Part shown: in pieces, positions 44,501 through 56,675 of the stretch
Numbering within the stretch: the stretch's first letter is position 1
Layout of the letters: each line of letters opens with the position of its first letter
Source of the DNA: Vicugna vicugna
Taxonomy: Eukaryota
DNA length: 64,000 nucleotides
Assembly (NCBI GenBank): GCA_013265495.1
Contig: MU058781.1
Coordinates: forward strand, 4,341,050 to 4,405,049
Reading direction: 5' to 3'
Program-made: the position numbers and the translations under genes
Notes under the pieces: generated by a model
Database searches by the model: none
What the model was told of the DNA's origin: nothing
Seen by the model: only the letters and a program-made list of their open reading frames with translations

Positions 44501-47009
44501 CAAATTCCAGCACAGGCATTACTGGGCCCACCTGCTCCAGGGGGGTTGTGCAGTGATCAGGCCTCTGCCACCACCAAAGCACTGGGGAACCCCCTCCATT
44601 CACTGGTCAGCCCTTCCTGGCCCTCAGAGCCCCCCGCTGCCCACCTGGGCCTCCAGGTCCAGCAGCTCTTCTGCATCAGGGTCTCATCTAGGAATTCAGC
44701 ATGAGGCTGGGATCCCCTGTGCCTCAGTGGCCCCTCTAGGTCTGCTGCACCCACACCCTCACGATCTGTCCACATGTCCTCACCTCTGTCTTCCTTCCTC
44801 TCCTTCCTCACCCTCAAAGCCCTCTCTCTCTGAGCCTCTTGCCCCCAGAGTCATGTCTCTTTTCTCCTGATGCCCTCAAAGACTCCTCTCTCTCCATGCC
44901 ACCCCAGGACCCCTGGCATCCTTTCTTCAAAGAGCCTGGGAGTTCTACAAAAGCCTTTAACTTCAAGCAGCTTGTTTTCTGCCCTGAAAATATCCCGAGG
45001 CAAGGACAGGCAACGGGCCCATCTACCTGTTGATCGGAGGGAACATAAAAAAAGAACAAAATACAAAACAGCCATTCAAAGTTTCTTTTGCCATACTGAT
45101 GTGTTTTCATATTTTTCTCCCTACTAGACTGGATGTCCCTTTACAAGTGGCCGTCGTCTCCTCTCAGTCTTTCTAGTATCTCTGCATCACAGCTGCTCTC
45201 AATAAACATTGTGGCTACAGACGAATGAATACGTGAATCAAAGCAACTCAGGACTTGTCAGCCCCAAACTTCTCTCCCTTTAATACACAGAGATGCACCA
45301 AAGACCCACTCTTGGGCTCAGGTAGGGCATATGTAAGTGGAATCCCACTACCTAGAACATTTATTTTATTCTTGGCTTTCCCAGACTAAAAACTATATAC
45401 AACTCAAGATTTTTTTTTAAATAGTAAAATACATTTTACTTCAAAATCTGGGTCAGTGGGAGACAGGGCTGCAGAGAAAGCAAATGATCTCCTCACTCAG
45501 GGCCGTGAACTCCCTGCTCCCACCGTACAGCTCAGAACTGCCAGTCCACAACCTGGTCCTAACCCAGGAACGGGAGCAGAAGCCGCCGTGCTCTTCCTGT
45601 GGGGCCATGCCCTGGCAAAAGAGCAGTAAGAGGGCGAGGAGAGGATGAGTTCATAGACAAAGGACTTCACATCAAAACTGGGAGCCCACCCTGGACACAC
45701 GTGGGCATTGGGTTACACCTTAGCAAGTGCAGACCTGCTCTTTGTCACGCCCAGCTGAGTGTCTTCTGGAAGCTGGGCCAGCTTGGATATCGAGAAAGCT
45801 ACGTGGGGTTGTGGATCCCGCAGGAAATCTCGGCTCCTGCGGTGGAGCAACGCCCAGACGGGGCTCTCCGGTCCGGCCATCTGGAATGGCCAGCTTTATT
45901 TACTGACCCCTGATTCATCCTCTCCTCGTCACTTCAAAGGATGCCCCATGAGAGAAAGAGACAAAAGGCCATCAGGGGGGTGTGGGGGAAGGGAGGGAAC
46001 TGGCTAAATAATTAGCCCTCCAACCTTCAAAGTGCTCTATAATCATTCATTAATCCATCCAGCCGGGATCCGTGGGCAGATGGATGCTCCCCAACTGTCT
46101 TGACACACCCACCGCTAAATGGAGCCTAGGGGCTGAGCAAAGGCACCCAGGAGCTGACGTGCACCTGACGGGGTCCTGGGGAAAGGGCATGGATCAAGTC
46201 CACGATGCTCTGGCTTCGAGATTTGCTGTTAATAATAACCTTTGGGTAACGAGTGAGGTGACAAAAAGGGGCCAGGGGCTTTTGAGAAAGAATTCACCCT
46301 AAGGCTGGAGAAATAGAACCAGTGGGTGGGCTTCCACCCCAAAGGCAGGAGTCAAGGGGGTGATGGCCCTGTGTCTGCAAGGAGGCTGCCCCGCAAGAGT
46401 ATCTGAGTGCCCGCCCTGCATCCCTCCAGGGAAGGAGACGCCTCCCGAATCATGAGGACCAACCACTGACGCGGTCCCACCAGGAGCCTTACAGGAGCCA
46501 GGTCCACCGTGAGCAACCGCTGAAGGCGCCCAGGGAAGACGCCCCGGACAGACGAGGGTGTTTGAGCCGAATTCCCTGCCAGGCCCACTCCGTCCCTCTG
46601 CGTGGAGCTCGCCACAGGGGAACTGGCTGGTGTTGGGGTGAGTTGAGGCTGTTTTGTCTACACCATTCTGCTAAGTCTCACGTCTACCACTGCACAGCCC
46701 CTACGATAAAATGAGGTTTCAGCTTCATATTTTTCCACCACATATGAGCTGACACTTCCAAATCCTCTATTTTCACCAACACTTAAAAAGGAAAACCAGT
46801 GTTGAGACTGAGATGTTGACAAGGAGAGAACTGCTGATTTCTCAAGACTCACGAGGTATTATCCATCCCAGTAAATTCACAGAAATGCCAGGCCCTCGGC
46901 CATGCATACCCCCGAACTCAATTTCCTTGTCTGGACTTAGGAGGGTGAGTCATACTAACAAAACTTACGAGAAACTGAGATGTACATCAACATGAATTAT
47001 AATCACTAT

Positions 47010-47232
47010 CATTACCAAACACTTCCTGTGGGGAGGCAGTTAGCAGATCCCTCCTCTGTATTACTTTCCTTACTCCTCAGCTCACATCTATGAGATGGGA
47101 CGCTTATCCTTGTCTTTCTCAAGTGGATACTGAACTTCCCAGAGTACGTGAACTTGCTCCAGGTCTCAGCTACCGTAAATAGAAGAGCTGGTCTTCAAAC
47201 TCACAAACGACTCCTACATCCAAGTTTTGACC
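47010..47232 (-). mobile_element. MIR SINE
   Basis: actcctca...ctatgagatggg...aacttgctccaggtctcagcta...gtaaatagaagagctgg. Confidence 0.65.
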
Positions 47233-47619
47233 ACTCCTCTCTGTGGTCAAGACAAGTGTAAAGGCCACGCCCAAGAGATACCCCAGCCACTGTGCCCCAT
47301 GTCCTCCCGTCTGCAGGCCAGCTCTGTGGATTTTTAGAAGGTTGCTCACCACAGATGAAACAAAACAGGGGAAGCACTGCAATTTGAGAATTTCAAACCT
47401 CCCTCCGTTGCCGCAGCCCTCTCCACACTGGGGGTGCCTGCCAGGCCACCCCCAACACAGCATCACCCTCTCTGGGCTCAGGAAGTCCTGTCTAGGCCGC
47501 CTTGTGAGGCTCCCTTTTCTGTTTTCCCTTTGAGGGTTGCCACCTGCTTCTGAGGAACCGGCCGCTGACACAGGCACGTGCAGGCTGTGATCCTGTTGTC
47601 TGCTGCCCTTCCGTCTCTC

Positions 47620-47936
47620 TCATGAGTCTTCGCAAATCTGTGTGCTAAAGTAACCTGTGCCAAGACTGGGGGAGCTACTGCACAATTCCTCTCATATGAA
47701 GGACCACAAAGGGCCAATTCATGGACAGAAAACAGGACAGTGGTCACCAGGGGCAGGGGTGGGGGGAGTTAGTGTTTAACAGGCACAGAGTTTATGTTGA
47801 GGATGATGACAAGTTTGAGGTACAGATCGTGGTGATACTTACACAACACTGGGAATATATTTAACGCCACTGAGTTGTATACTTGAGAACGGTTAAAATG
47901 ATCAATACTATGTACATTTCACCACAATAAAAAAAA
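47620..47936 (+). mobile_element. L1MB-type 3' end, first of a stack
   Basis: gtggtcaccaggggc...ggagttagtgtttaacaggcacagagttt...gtggtgat...gccactgagttgtatactt...ggttaaaatg...caccacaataaaaaaaa. Confidence 0.85.
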
Positions 47937-47937
47937 G

Positions 47938-48285
47938 GAAAAGAGATGAAATTCTAATGTGTGGTACAACATGGGTGAAGATATGTAAAGTGAAATAAGC
48001 CACACACAAACGAACAAATTCTGTGTGATTACTTTACATGAGGCCGCTAGAGTCGTCAAATGCAGGGACAGAAGGCAGAATGGCAGCTGCCAGGGGCCGG
48101 GAGGCGGCAGGAATGGGGTTATCATTTAAAGGGGACAGAGTTTCAGCTGGGGAAGATGAAAAGGTTTTGGAGATGGATAGTGATGATGGCTGCACAACAA
48201 TGTGCATGTACTTAATGTCACTGAACTGCACACTTCAAAATGGTTAAACTGGTAAATTTTACACATATTTTATCACAATAAAAAG
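47938..48285 (+). mobile_element. L1MB3-type 3' end, second of the stack
   Basis: gtgaaataagcca...gacagagtttcagctggggaagatgaaaaggttttggagatggatagtgatgatggctgcacaacaatgtg...cactgaactgcacactt...cacaataaaaa. Confidence 0.9.
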
Positions 48286-49247
48286 TTTCTTTTTTCAATT
48301 TTTTTTATTGAAGTATAGTCAGTTTACAATGTTGTGTTAATTTCTGCTGTACAGCATAAGCATTCAGTTATATATATATATATACACATTCCTTTTCATA
48401 TTCTTTTTCATTATAGGCTATTACAAAGTGTTGAATATAGTTCCCTGTGCTATACAATAGGACCTTGCTGTTTATCTATTTTTATAGATAGTAGTTAGTA
48501 TCTACAAGTTTCAAACTCCCAATTTATCTCTCCACACTCCTTTTCCCCACTGGTAACCACAAATTTTTTTCTGTCTGTGAGTCTGTTTCTGTTTTGTAAA
48601 TAAGTTCATTTCTGTCATTTTTTTTTAGATTCCACATATAAGTGATACCATATGGTATTTTTCTTTCCCTGTCTAACTTCACTTAGTATGACAATCTCCA
48701 GGTCCATCCATGTTGCTGCAAATGGTGTTATGTTGTCAGTTTTTATGGCTGAATAGTATTCCATTGTATAAATACACCACAACTTCTTTATCCAGTCATC
48801 TGTCAATGGATATTTTAGTTGTATCCATGTCTTGGCTACTGCAAATAGTGCTGCTGTGAACATTGGGGTGCATGTTACCTTTTCAAATTAGTTTTCTCTG
48901 GATATATGCCCAGGAGTGGGGTTGCTGGATCATAGAGTAAGTCTATTTTTAGTTTTTTAAGGAATCTCCATACTGTTTTCCATAATGTCTGCACCAAACT
49001 ACATTCCCACCAACAGCATAGGAGGGTTCCTTTTTCTCCACACCCTCTCCAGTATTTATTGTTTATGGACTTTTTAATGATGGCCATTCTGACTAGTGAT
49101 ATCTCACGGCAGTTTTGACTTGCATTTCTCAATGATATTGAGCAGTTTTCATGTGCCTATTGGCCATTTGTATGTCTTCATTGGAGAAATGTTTATTTAG
49201 GTCTTCTGCCCATTTTTTGACTGGGTTGCTTACTTTTTTGTTATTGA
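48286..49247 (-). mobile_element. Cetartiodactyl/camelid-type L1 3' fragment with a disrupted ORF2 C-terminus
   Basis: ORFs 48615-48863 (MFTAALFAVAKTW..WIKKLWCIYTMEYYSAIK..FAATWMDLE), 48875-49132 ([15 protein letters not shown]..[27 protein letters not shown]) and 49129-49311 ([23 protein letters not shown]) are L1 ORF2p motifs in different frames; 3' UTR ttattgaagtatagtcagtttacaatgttgtg...ttccctgtgctatac. Confidence 0.95.
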
Positions 49248-51267
49248 AATTTTTTCTTAAATGAGAGGGAAGCTGGTTTAGCCAGAACACCCTCAAAAGG
49301 AGTCTCCCCATAACTCAAGAAATCCAGGAGTCCCAGTACTGAAACACGGGTGATTCCCCTCCACACGCCTCCAACCTCTGGGAAGGGCTTCCTGATTCCC
49401 GAGGGATGGAAGGGCAGGGCCAGGCAGGACACAGGCCGAGAGAAGCCCCTGGGGCTCTCGTGGGGCTCCAGAAGCCCCTGTGTCTCTAAGGGATGGACTG
49501 CACACATCTCCCCACTTCCCAGAGCCACAAGCTCCTGCCTCCCTGGCTCAGCCACTCGGCTAAGGAGCTGCATTCTTGGAGGTTGTCAGGGAACTTCTCT
49601 TGGCAACTTTACAGCTCCAGAAATCTCTGCAATCTTGTTTCCATTACCACCAACTCTGCCCTCAAAAAACTCAATATTCCCAGCTCTCAGTTCACAAACA
49701 GATAAACCCTGATTGCAGTTCCTCGGAGTTTTCCCCTGAAAATGAGCCTATCTTCTATTTAAGCTACGACAATAAATTCTTCAGAACACCCAGACTCCAT
49801 TTCTCAAGAGCATGCACTTCTCGTGAAGGAAGACACACTAACGACTCTCCCAGGGCTCCAAGGATGATGGTCACCATCGCCTACCCCAGCCCAGAAAAGG
49901 CAGCAGCCATCTCCATCTCCCTCCCTCAGCCAGGCAGCGACCCCGACAGGAACCCAGCCTGCAACCTGCAGGTTCTAACCCTCCTTAGGGACACTTAGAG
50001 CCACCTGGCACCCCGTTCTGGAACAGCTCTGAAAGCCCAGGTGAGAAAGGCACCAATACCCCACCTGGACCCAGGGACATACAGTCCCCCAGCAGGTGAA
50101 CAAGAACCACAGTGGGTGGCATGTGACGCATGCAGCCACAGTACAGGGAGGCCCGCACAGAAAGCTATCCATTGGTGCCAGGCCTCTTGGAAACCTCAGG
50201 AAGCTGGCAGGGAGAAGGACTCGACCTCAGGAGCTGTCCCAGGACAGTGTGTTCAGACTCCACCTGATCACTGCTTCCTGCCAGGGCCCGCCTCCCTGGC
50301 CCTGCTCCCCTGGCCTGGGTCTCCCCCAGCAGCGGGAGCTTCAGAGAGTGTTGATTTTATGACTGGAGCTGTCGGCTGGAGAGACACATTTTAAAATTCA
50401 TAACCTTTCCCATCAGGGTTCAGAAACAGATCAGATCCAAGATGAAAGCTTAGTTTATTCTTTCACTGGTCCTGGCGGCCCCCTCCCATCTCCTTCCACA
50501 CTGGCTTCCTGGCTTCTCCCTCCCAGAGTTTGCCTTTCCCATTGTCCTCCAGGATCTTTTGCAATGATCCCAGTTTTAATTCCACCTTCCTCCATAAACC
50601 AAAGCAAAATGGGAAATTCTGTTTCCAAACAGAGTGTGCGCTCAGCTAGCGGTGCTGGTGCTGCCGGACCTTAAAAGGTATCTCCCTTTGCCAGGTAGGG
50701 CAGGGCCACTGACGGGGCGGCTGCACAGAAGAGATAGGGCAGAGGTTTGAATGGAACTCGAGTCAGGTGGCAGGGGCTGCGGAGATTTCCCTTCTCCAGG
50801 AAAGGCAGGGGCTGGGGGGCCTCCACCTGAGGCTGGCAGAGGTGGGGGCATAGCAGACGGGCTGGCAGCCACCCGGCACTGCAGATCTTGCCAAGGAAAA
50901 TTAAAGAGCAGTGTGTTTGCTTCTTGCCACAAGGATAAACAACAACAAAGATTCTCTCAGTGGAATTTGTGCCTTGCGATTTCAGTCAGCTGTCCTCAGC
51001 TGCCCCCTCCCACAGTGGTTTCTCTTCCTGGGCCTCCGTTGAGGGCATCCACACCTAGCACCCTAGTTTATCCTGGGGACCAGGAAAGATCAACCTCCTC
51101 CCAGACTCGGTGGTCACAAAGGAGGTCCACGGACTTTATAGCACCCCAGGAGAAGTAAATGGAAGAAAAGCAAAATCTGCAGCTGCAGGAGCATCAGCCC
51201 AGTGACAGAAATGCTGTGTCCCAGCCAACGACAGAGAGCATGACCATTTCTGGGGAAGGATGACAGG

Positions 51268-51940
51268 TAACAACACTTCACCAGAGCTCACCCATGCCAG
51301 GCAAGTTCTAAGCTCTGTATCTACATCAGCTCATTCACTCCTCACATCAACCTTCTGAGGCAGATCTCAGTAGCCCCATGTGATGCTTAATTTCTGGAGT
51401 CAACTCAGCAAGACCACAGTACCCAGGTAATCTGGTCAGACACCAGATTAGATACTGCTGTGAAGGTACTTTTTAGATGAGATTAGCATTTAAATAAGCT
51501 AGACTTTGAATAAAGCAGATTACCCCTCATAATGTGGGTGGGCCTCATTCAATCAGTTGAAGGTCTTAGAAAAAGGACTGAGGTCCTCCCAAGAAAGGGG
51601 AATTCTGCCTTCAGATGACCTTAGGACGCAGGCTGCAATATCAGCTCTTTCCTGGATCTCCAGCCTGCCAGCCTGCTCTGCAGATTTCAGACTTGTCAAC
51701 CTCCACAACACTTGAGTCCATTCCTTAATTAATTTCTCTCCCTTTCTCTACACACACACATACACACACACACAGCCTACTGGTTCTGTTTCTCTGGAGA
51801 GCCCTGACAAAACCATCTCACTTTATAAACGAGGGGACTGAGGCACAGAGAAGTTAGTTTCCTTGCCTAAGGTCTCAAGGCCAGTGAGTGGAGCAGACAA
51901 AATTAGAATGCATGCAGCCTGGCTCTAGAATACTCTCCCT
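51268..51940 (-). mobile_element. MIR SINE split by an MLT2 insertion
   Basis: tgccaggcaagttctaagc...ctcattcactcctcacatcaacc...gcccca, then the LTR, then ctttataaacgaggggactgaggcacagagaagtta...cttgcctaaggtc. Confidence 0.8.
51379..51815 (+). mobile_element. MLT2 (ERVL) solo LTR
   Basis: tgtgatgcttaattt...gtcaact...gctgtgaaggta...taaagcagattacccctcataatgtgggtgggcctcattcaatcagttgaagg...(CA)n...tggttctgtttctctggagagccctgac. Confidence 0.92.
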
Positions 51941-52049
51941 TCCCCAAAATTGCTGCTTCTCTCAGCCACAGGAAGTGACAGTCTCCATCACCAAACTAAA
52001 ATGGGGAGGGAAGTGGAGTGGAAAATGCATTCAAGTAAAATGCAGCTAG

Positions 52050-52250
52050 GTCAGTGGCCATGAACAGGACAGACTTTGAAATCAGTGAGGTTTGTTTCCA
52101 ATCTAGGCTTCATTTTAATGTCTGTGGCTTTTATCATGGGATGAAAATCTCTCTGGGCCTCCATTTTCCTGATCTGCAAAGTGCCATGAAAACTCTGCAA
52201 GGTTATTAAAGGATTAAATGGGATAATTTTTTTATGCAAACAGTGCTTCC
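52050..52250 (+). mobile_element. MIR SINE
   Basis: cagactttgaaatcag...ctctctgggcctccattttcctgatctgcaaa...ggttattaaaggattaaatgggataat. Confidence 0.7.
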
Positions 52251-52929
52251 GGTATGTGAGTGAAATCACATAGATCATGTGATTAGACAAGGGCTCCAAA
52301 CTCAAATGTTTTAAGCCCACCCTTGCTTGACTTACGGGAGTTATAGTCTCCTATAATGAACTCTCTCCCAAGTGTGTTTCAGTTCCTCAAAGCCCCTTTC
52401 CTGTGTCCACCTCTGGGGTGCGATTCCCACTGGTAGAGGTCACTCCCACCTTGCGTCAGTACCTCTGATCAAAGCAGCTAACACGCACAGCGCAGCTGCA
52501 CCTACTGCAGGGCCAGGCTGGGTTCCAAAGCCGGGTCAGCTGTCTCAGACTCTCACTCGCCTTCCTCCGTGAGCTTCCTGCTGGGCCAGTTAAACACATC
52601 AGGCTCCTCTTGCTCGTGGGGACTGCTCACCTGGGGCCCTTCCCTCCCGGTCCCTGGCCCTACCCACCAGTCTATCCAGTCTGTCTCTGCAAGCCCAAAG
52701 CCTAGTGGGGAACAGGGCTCATGCATTTCTCTCTCGGGGGAAACACACATGTACAAAAGGATGTATGGGAAGAGGAAACTCACCAGTAATGTTTCTGAGA
52801 CAGACCTTGCCAGCCTGAAAGAACAAGGACCCCAGTTTGGGGGTGGGGGTTGTTGTGGTTGTTTGCTTTTTTTGCTTTTCCCTGCTTGCTTCTGTCCTAT
52901 CTTGGAGATACTCCATGGCAAAATTCTTG

Positions 52930-53108
52930 ACCTGCATATTTTCATTTAATCCTCCCAACCTTTCTGTTGAATCACTATTGTTCCCACTTTTTGGATGAGA
53001 AAACTGAGGATCAAAGGAGAGAGGCAACATGCCATCGCCTCAAAAATAGTGCCAGAGCCTAGGCTTGTCTGGTTCCAGAATCCTCATCCTTAACCTCTAC
53101 ACTGCACC
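52930..53108 (-). mobile_element. MIR SINE
   Basis: tcatttaatcctcccaac...ctattgttcccactttttggatgagaaaactgagg...ccttaacctctacactg. Confidence 0.75.
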
Positions 53109-53154
53109 TTTATAACAGATTCGTCCATCTGTTTCCAACAAATACTGGTTACTT

Positions 53155-53325
53155 TCTTGGGAGGCAAGAAACATTAGTTCTAACCCAGCTCTGTCTCTTA
53201 GAAGTCAAATGGCTTTAAATAAGTCACTCAGTCCTTCAGGCTCAGTTTCCTCATCAATCAATGGAGAGAAATGGAATCGAAGAAACAAATAGTGTCTTAA
53301 AGCTCCAAACATTTACAGTTCTAAG
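53155..53325 (+). mobile_element. MIR3-like SINE
   Basis: gttctaacccagctctg...aagtcactcagtccttcaggctcagtttcctcatc. Confidence 0.65.
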
Positions 53326-55734
53326 AATTAATCACCGGAGAGCCTAAACTAATAAATTTCTACCATGTCCTCCTCAGCTGGTACTCGGCATTGGGGAAAA
53401 TTCTTAGAAACAGAAATAACCAAAAATAACAGGTATAAGCCATCTGCCAGATTTACAAATCATGCTGCAGAATTTACTGTGCTCTTTTTCCCTTTGAATG
53501 GGAACATGCAGGTCTAGGATGTGTCGTCCTAATACTGCTGAGATGGGAGTTATTACTGACTGACCATGCACAGTCCCAATTCCAAGAATCCTCTCTGAAA
53601 TCACATGCTTCATGACGCGAATACTGAATCTCAAAAAATAATCCCAGTTGAATCCCTTCACCCAATAAGCAATATAGAATAACATTTATCTTTTTTATTT
53701 TAAAATAAACATTGAGAATCTTTCTTTTTAAAATGGTGAAAATAATCAGGGTGGTAAGTATAACCAAAAAGAGCCTTGGAGAAGAAGTGAAAAAGAATGA
53801 GGGAGAACTTGATGTGAGACCAACCTCCTTGGACTCAGCCTGTTCCTTCTGGCTTAATGACCCCTCCTTCAGCATAGAGTTGGAACCCAGGCAGATGAAA
53901 TCTTAGCCTCTGTGTAGGAGAAGGCACTTCCTACCATAAACTGGGAGGGAGCGTCAGGGATGCCTGTCAGCTCATTGAAATCAATTCACCCCAACACACA
54001 CATTTTTCCATTTTATTCCCTACACCTTGGCCTTGGACACCTTTGCAGAAACTCGACAAGGAGTTTATCACATTGATTAGGAATGCCAGGGCATCCATCA
54101 GAAGGCAATGCACACACGCCAGAAATCTCTTTTCTCTTTAATCTTTTCATTTTCAACCATCTTTAATTCATTCATGTATTTATGCATCACAAACGCACAA
54201 CAGAAGTGCTCCCATGGGGTCAGTCAAATTCCAAAAGAGAGTAAACCTTCATTTGTTCTCTCTACAAATATTTACCATATGCCTACTATGTCAGGAGGTA
54301 TCCACACAGAAAGAAAAAAGACACACTCGCGGCCTCAAGGAACCACCTGTAGGACTCAACCTGGGGACCGCCTCCTCCAGGATGCCTTCCCTGGCACCCG
54401 GGTCAAGACAGAGAAGCACCTCCTCAGGACCCCATGGCACTGAGTCCTTCACAGTCATGACCTGATCCCCTGGAGTATGAGGCAGACTCCCCCTTGCTGC
54501 AGGTCCGGTGGGAGAGCTTCAAATAGGACGCATCTCCCAGCATCCTGGACAAAGACTTGCAATAATGATGATAATGAAGATGAAGATGTTGATGAGAATA
54601 TAATGAAAAAATGTAGTCTCCTTTTCTAGAAGTACTGCTTGCCTATCTCCTTGTGCCCCAGATCCCTGGATGTGCCTACTTACACGCTCATGGGGGCTCA
54701 GCGTGCGTCTGAGAGGATGCCAAGACGGCAGCCCGATGTCAGTGTCTTGCAGGGCACCGCTCTCTGTTTTGTACCATCCTGACTAATGTACTTCAGCTAT
54801 ATCGGGATGAAAAATGAATAGGAAGTAGATCTTGCTGCTAAAACATATGTGTCAGAAAATCATTATGAGTATTAAATTACAGCAATAAAATGAACCAGAA
54901 CTAATTTTGCAAATTAAGATCCAATAAATTTTTTCATAGCCACACCTTTTCTTAAAAAAAAAAAAGCAAAATAAGATTGAGCCAAGCAGTATTAAAACTG
55001 AGTGTAAGGGCAGGGCGGGGGTGAGATGGGAATATGAATAGAACCAGAAATTTCAGTATGACAAATAGATTAGCATTTTGGAGGGTAGAGGGGATGGAGG
55101 TTGTCTGGCCGATAGTAAGAATACAGCCCGTGTGCCAAACAGTATAATGATCAGTTTCCGAGCTGATATACTATGTATTTTACATGTAAAATTTATGTAT
55201 ACATATTCCCCTTCCTCTCTTCTGCTACCACCCCCTACCTCCCCACTCCCTAGACAAGGTTCTGCTGACACAAGAAACGAGTAAATTTCTAAATTTCTGA
55301 CAACCGCTTATTTTTAGAAGAGACTATCACTGTCGGTCAAATTAAATCTGAAGCTATAAACAAACCTTTAGAGCTTTGCCTGATCTCAGAGAATAACAGG
55401 ATATCTCCCTCCACCCTCCAGCCCGAGAAAGAGACTGTAATTAGCTCATTGTCCCTGAACAGGCACAAGAGGGGCGGAGCTCGCATACAGGCTCCCTTTC
55501 AACCTTTCCAGGGAGATCTCGGGCAGATGTTAATCAATTATGTGAGTAACTCAATTAGGTGAGTAACTTCTACCATCTCCTGGGAACACGGTGGAGCACA
55601 ACACCTTGTTCCAAAACGGACGCTGAGGAAGAGGATGAAATACCCTGGCCAAGGACTCAGAGACAGAGTTCGCCCAGAAGAGGGAAAAACAGGATTCACC
55701 TCCCGCCATCACATTCCTCCAGGCTCCGGGCTCC

Positions 55735-55768
55735 TGGCTCTGGCTCTGGCTATGGCTCTGGCTCTGGC
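55735..55768 (+). repeat. (TGGCTC)n hexamer repeat, about 5.5 copies
   Basis: tggctc tggctc tggcta tggctc tggctc tggc. Confidence 0.9.
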
Positions 55769-55809
55769 AGAACAGCGGGAAGCTATTCTGCTACACCCAG
55801 CGAACCAAA

Positions 55810-55906
55810 CTATTTATAGCCACACAATCATTATAAATAAAGCTGTTTATAACATCGAACCTTGGCCCTGCAGTAGTTAAAACTGTAAACTGGCAGCTAT
55901 AAATAA
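55810..55906. promoter_or_regulatory. Cluster of MEF2 consensus sites (YTAWWWWTAR)
   Basis: ctatttatag 55810-55819, ttataaataa 55831-55840, ctataaataa 55897-55906; near-match ctgtttataa 55843-55852. Confidence 0.45.
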
Positions 55907-56514
55907 CGGTGTTACATGCTCAAGTGTGCCTACTGACTGATGCTTCCTCAAATCGTGACAAACAGTGACAAGTTTGTTTGACAAACATCCCACCGACATT
56001 CATCTGATTTGGAATAAGTGGTGCTGCTTTTTTAATTTGGTCCCTGAGGCCCAGGGTCTCGGAAGCTTTCTTTATTCTTTCCCTCCCTCAGCTCCTGCAC
56101 TGGGAGACTCTGACCTGCGTGTAGCTGTTTTCCCCCCTAATCACTGGAAGGGACTTGGGGACATTTAAGGAGAAGCTTATTAAACCCACTGTTTCTCTCA
56201 CAAGATGGTTCTGCTGGAGGGACTTTTTGCAAGGGTCTGGGGAGTTTTATTAACAACACAACAGCAATAGAGGGGCGGGGGGATGTGGGTCAGACTGGGT
56301 ATTGGATAAAGGTGGGGAGGGGGTTGGAAGGAAAAAGCAGATTGTTGGAATCCTTTTGCAAGGGGAACCTGAAAGCCTAGAAATGCCAGAAGTCAGTTAC
56401 AAGGGAATCAGCAGCAGGCATGAGTGGATTGGAGACCTTGAATAGTCCTACACTGGGGCCCCCGAGGCTTGGGTGCTCTCTCAGGTGAACTGACAGTAAT
56501 GTATGCCTGGAGTC

Positions 56515-56675
56515 ACGTGGGACTTCAGAGCTCCGGTGGGCCTTTGGGATTGTCTAATGTAACTCAGTCATTGTATAGGTCTCAGAGTTGAGCCGAAGAG
56601 GCTCCCACAACTAGTTAGTGGAGAACCAGACTAGAAGCCCGATCTCTGGGCCCCGGGCAGGGAGCTTCTCCCATC
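56515..56675 (-). mobile_element. MIR3-like fragment
   Basis: cagagctccggtgggcctttgggattgtcta...cccacaactagttagtggagaaccagactagaagccc. Confidence 0.55.

Noticed and set aside
48615..49311. ORFs with clear protein similarity
   Set aside because: They are frameshifted L1 ORF2p C-terminal fragments in a 5'-truncated retrotransposon, not a host gene.
55559..55819. ORF containing GSGSGYGSGSG
   Set aside because: It is the translation of the (TGGCTC)n hexamer repeat; there is no other coding evidence.
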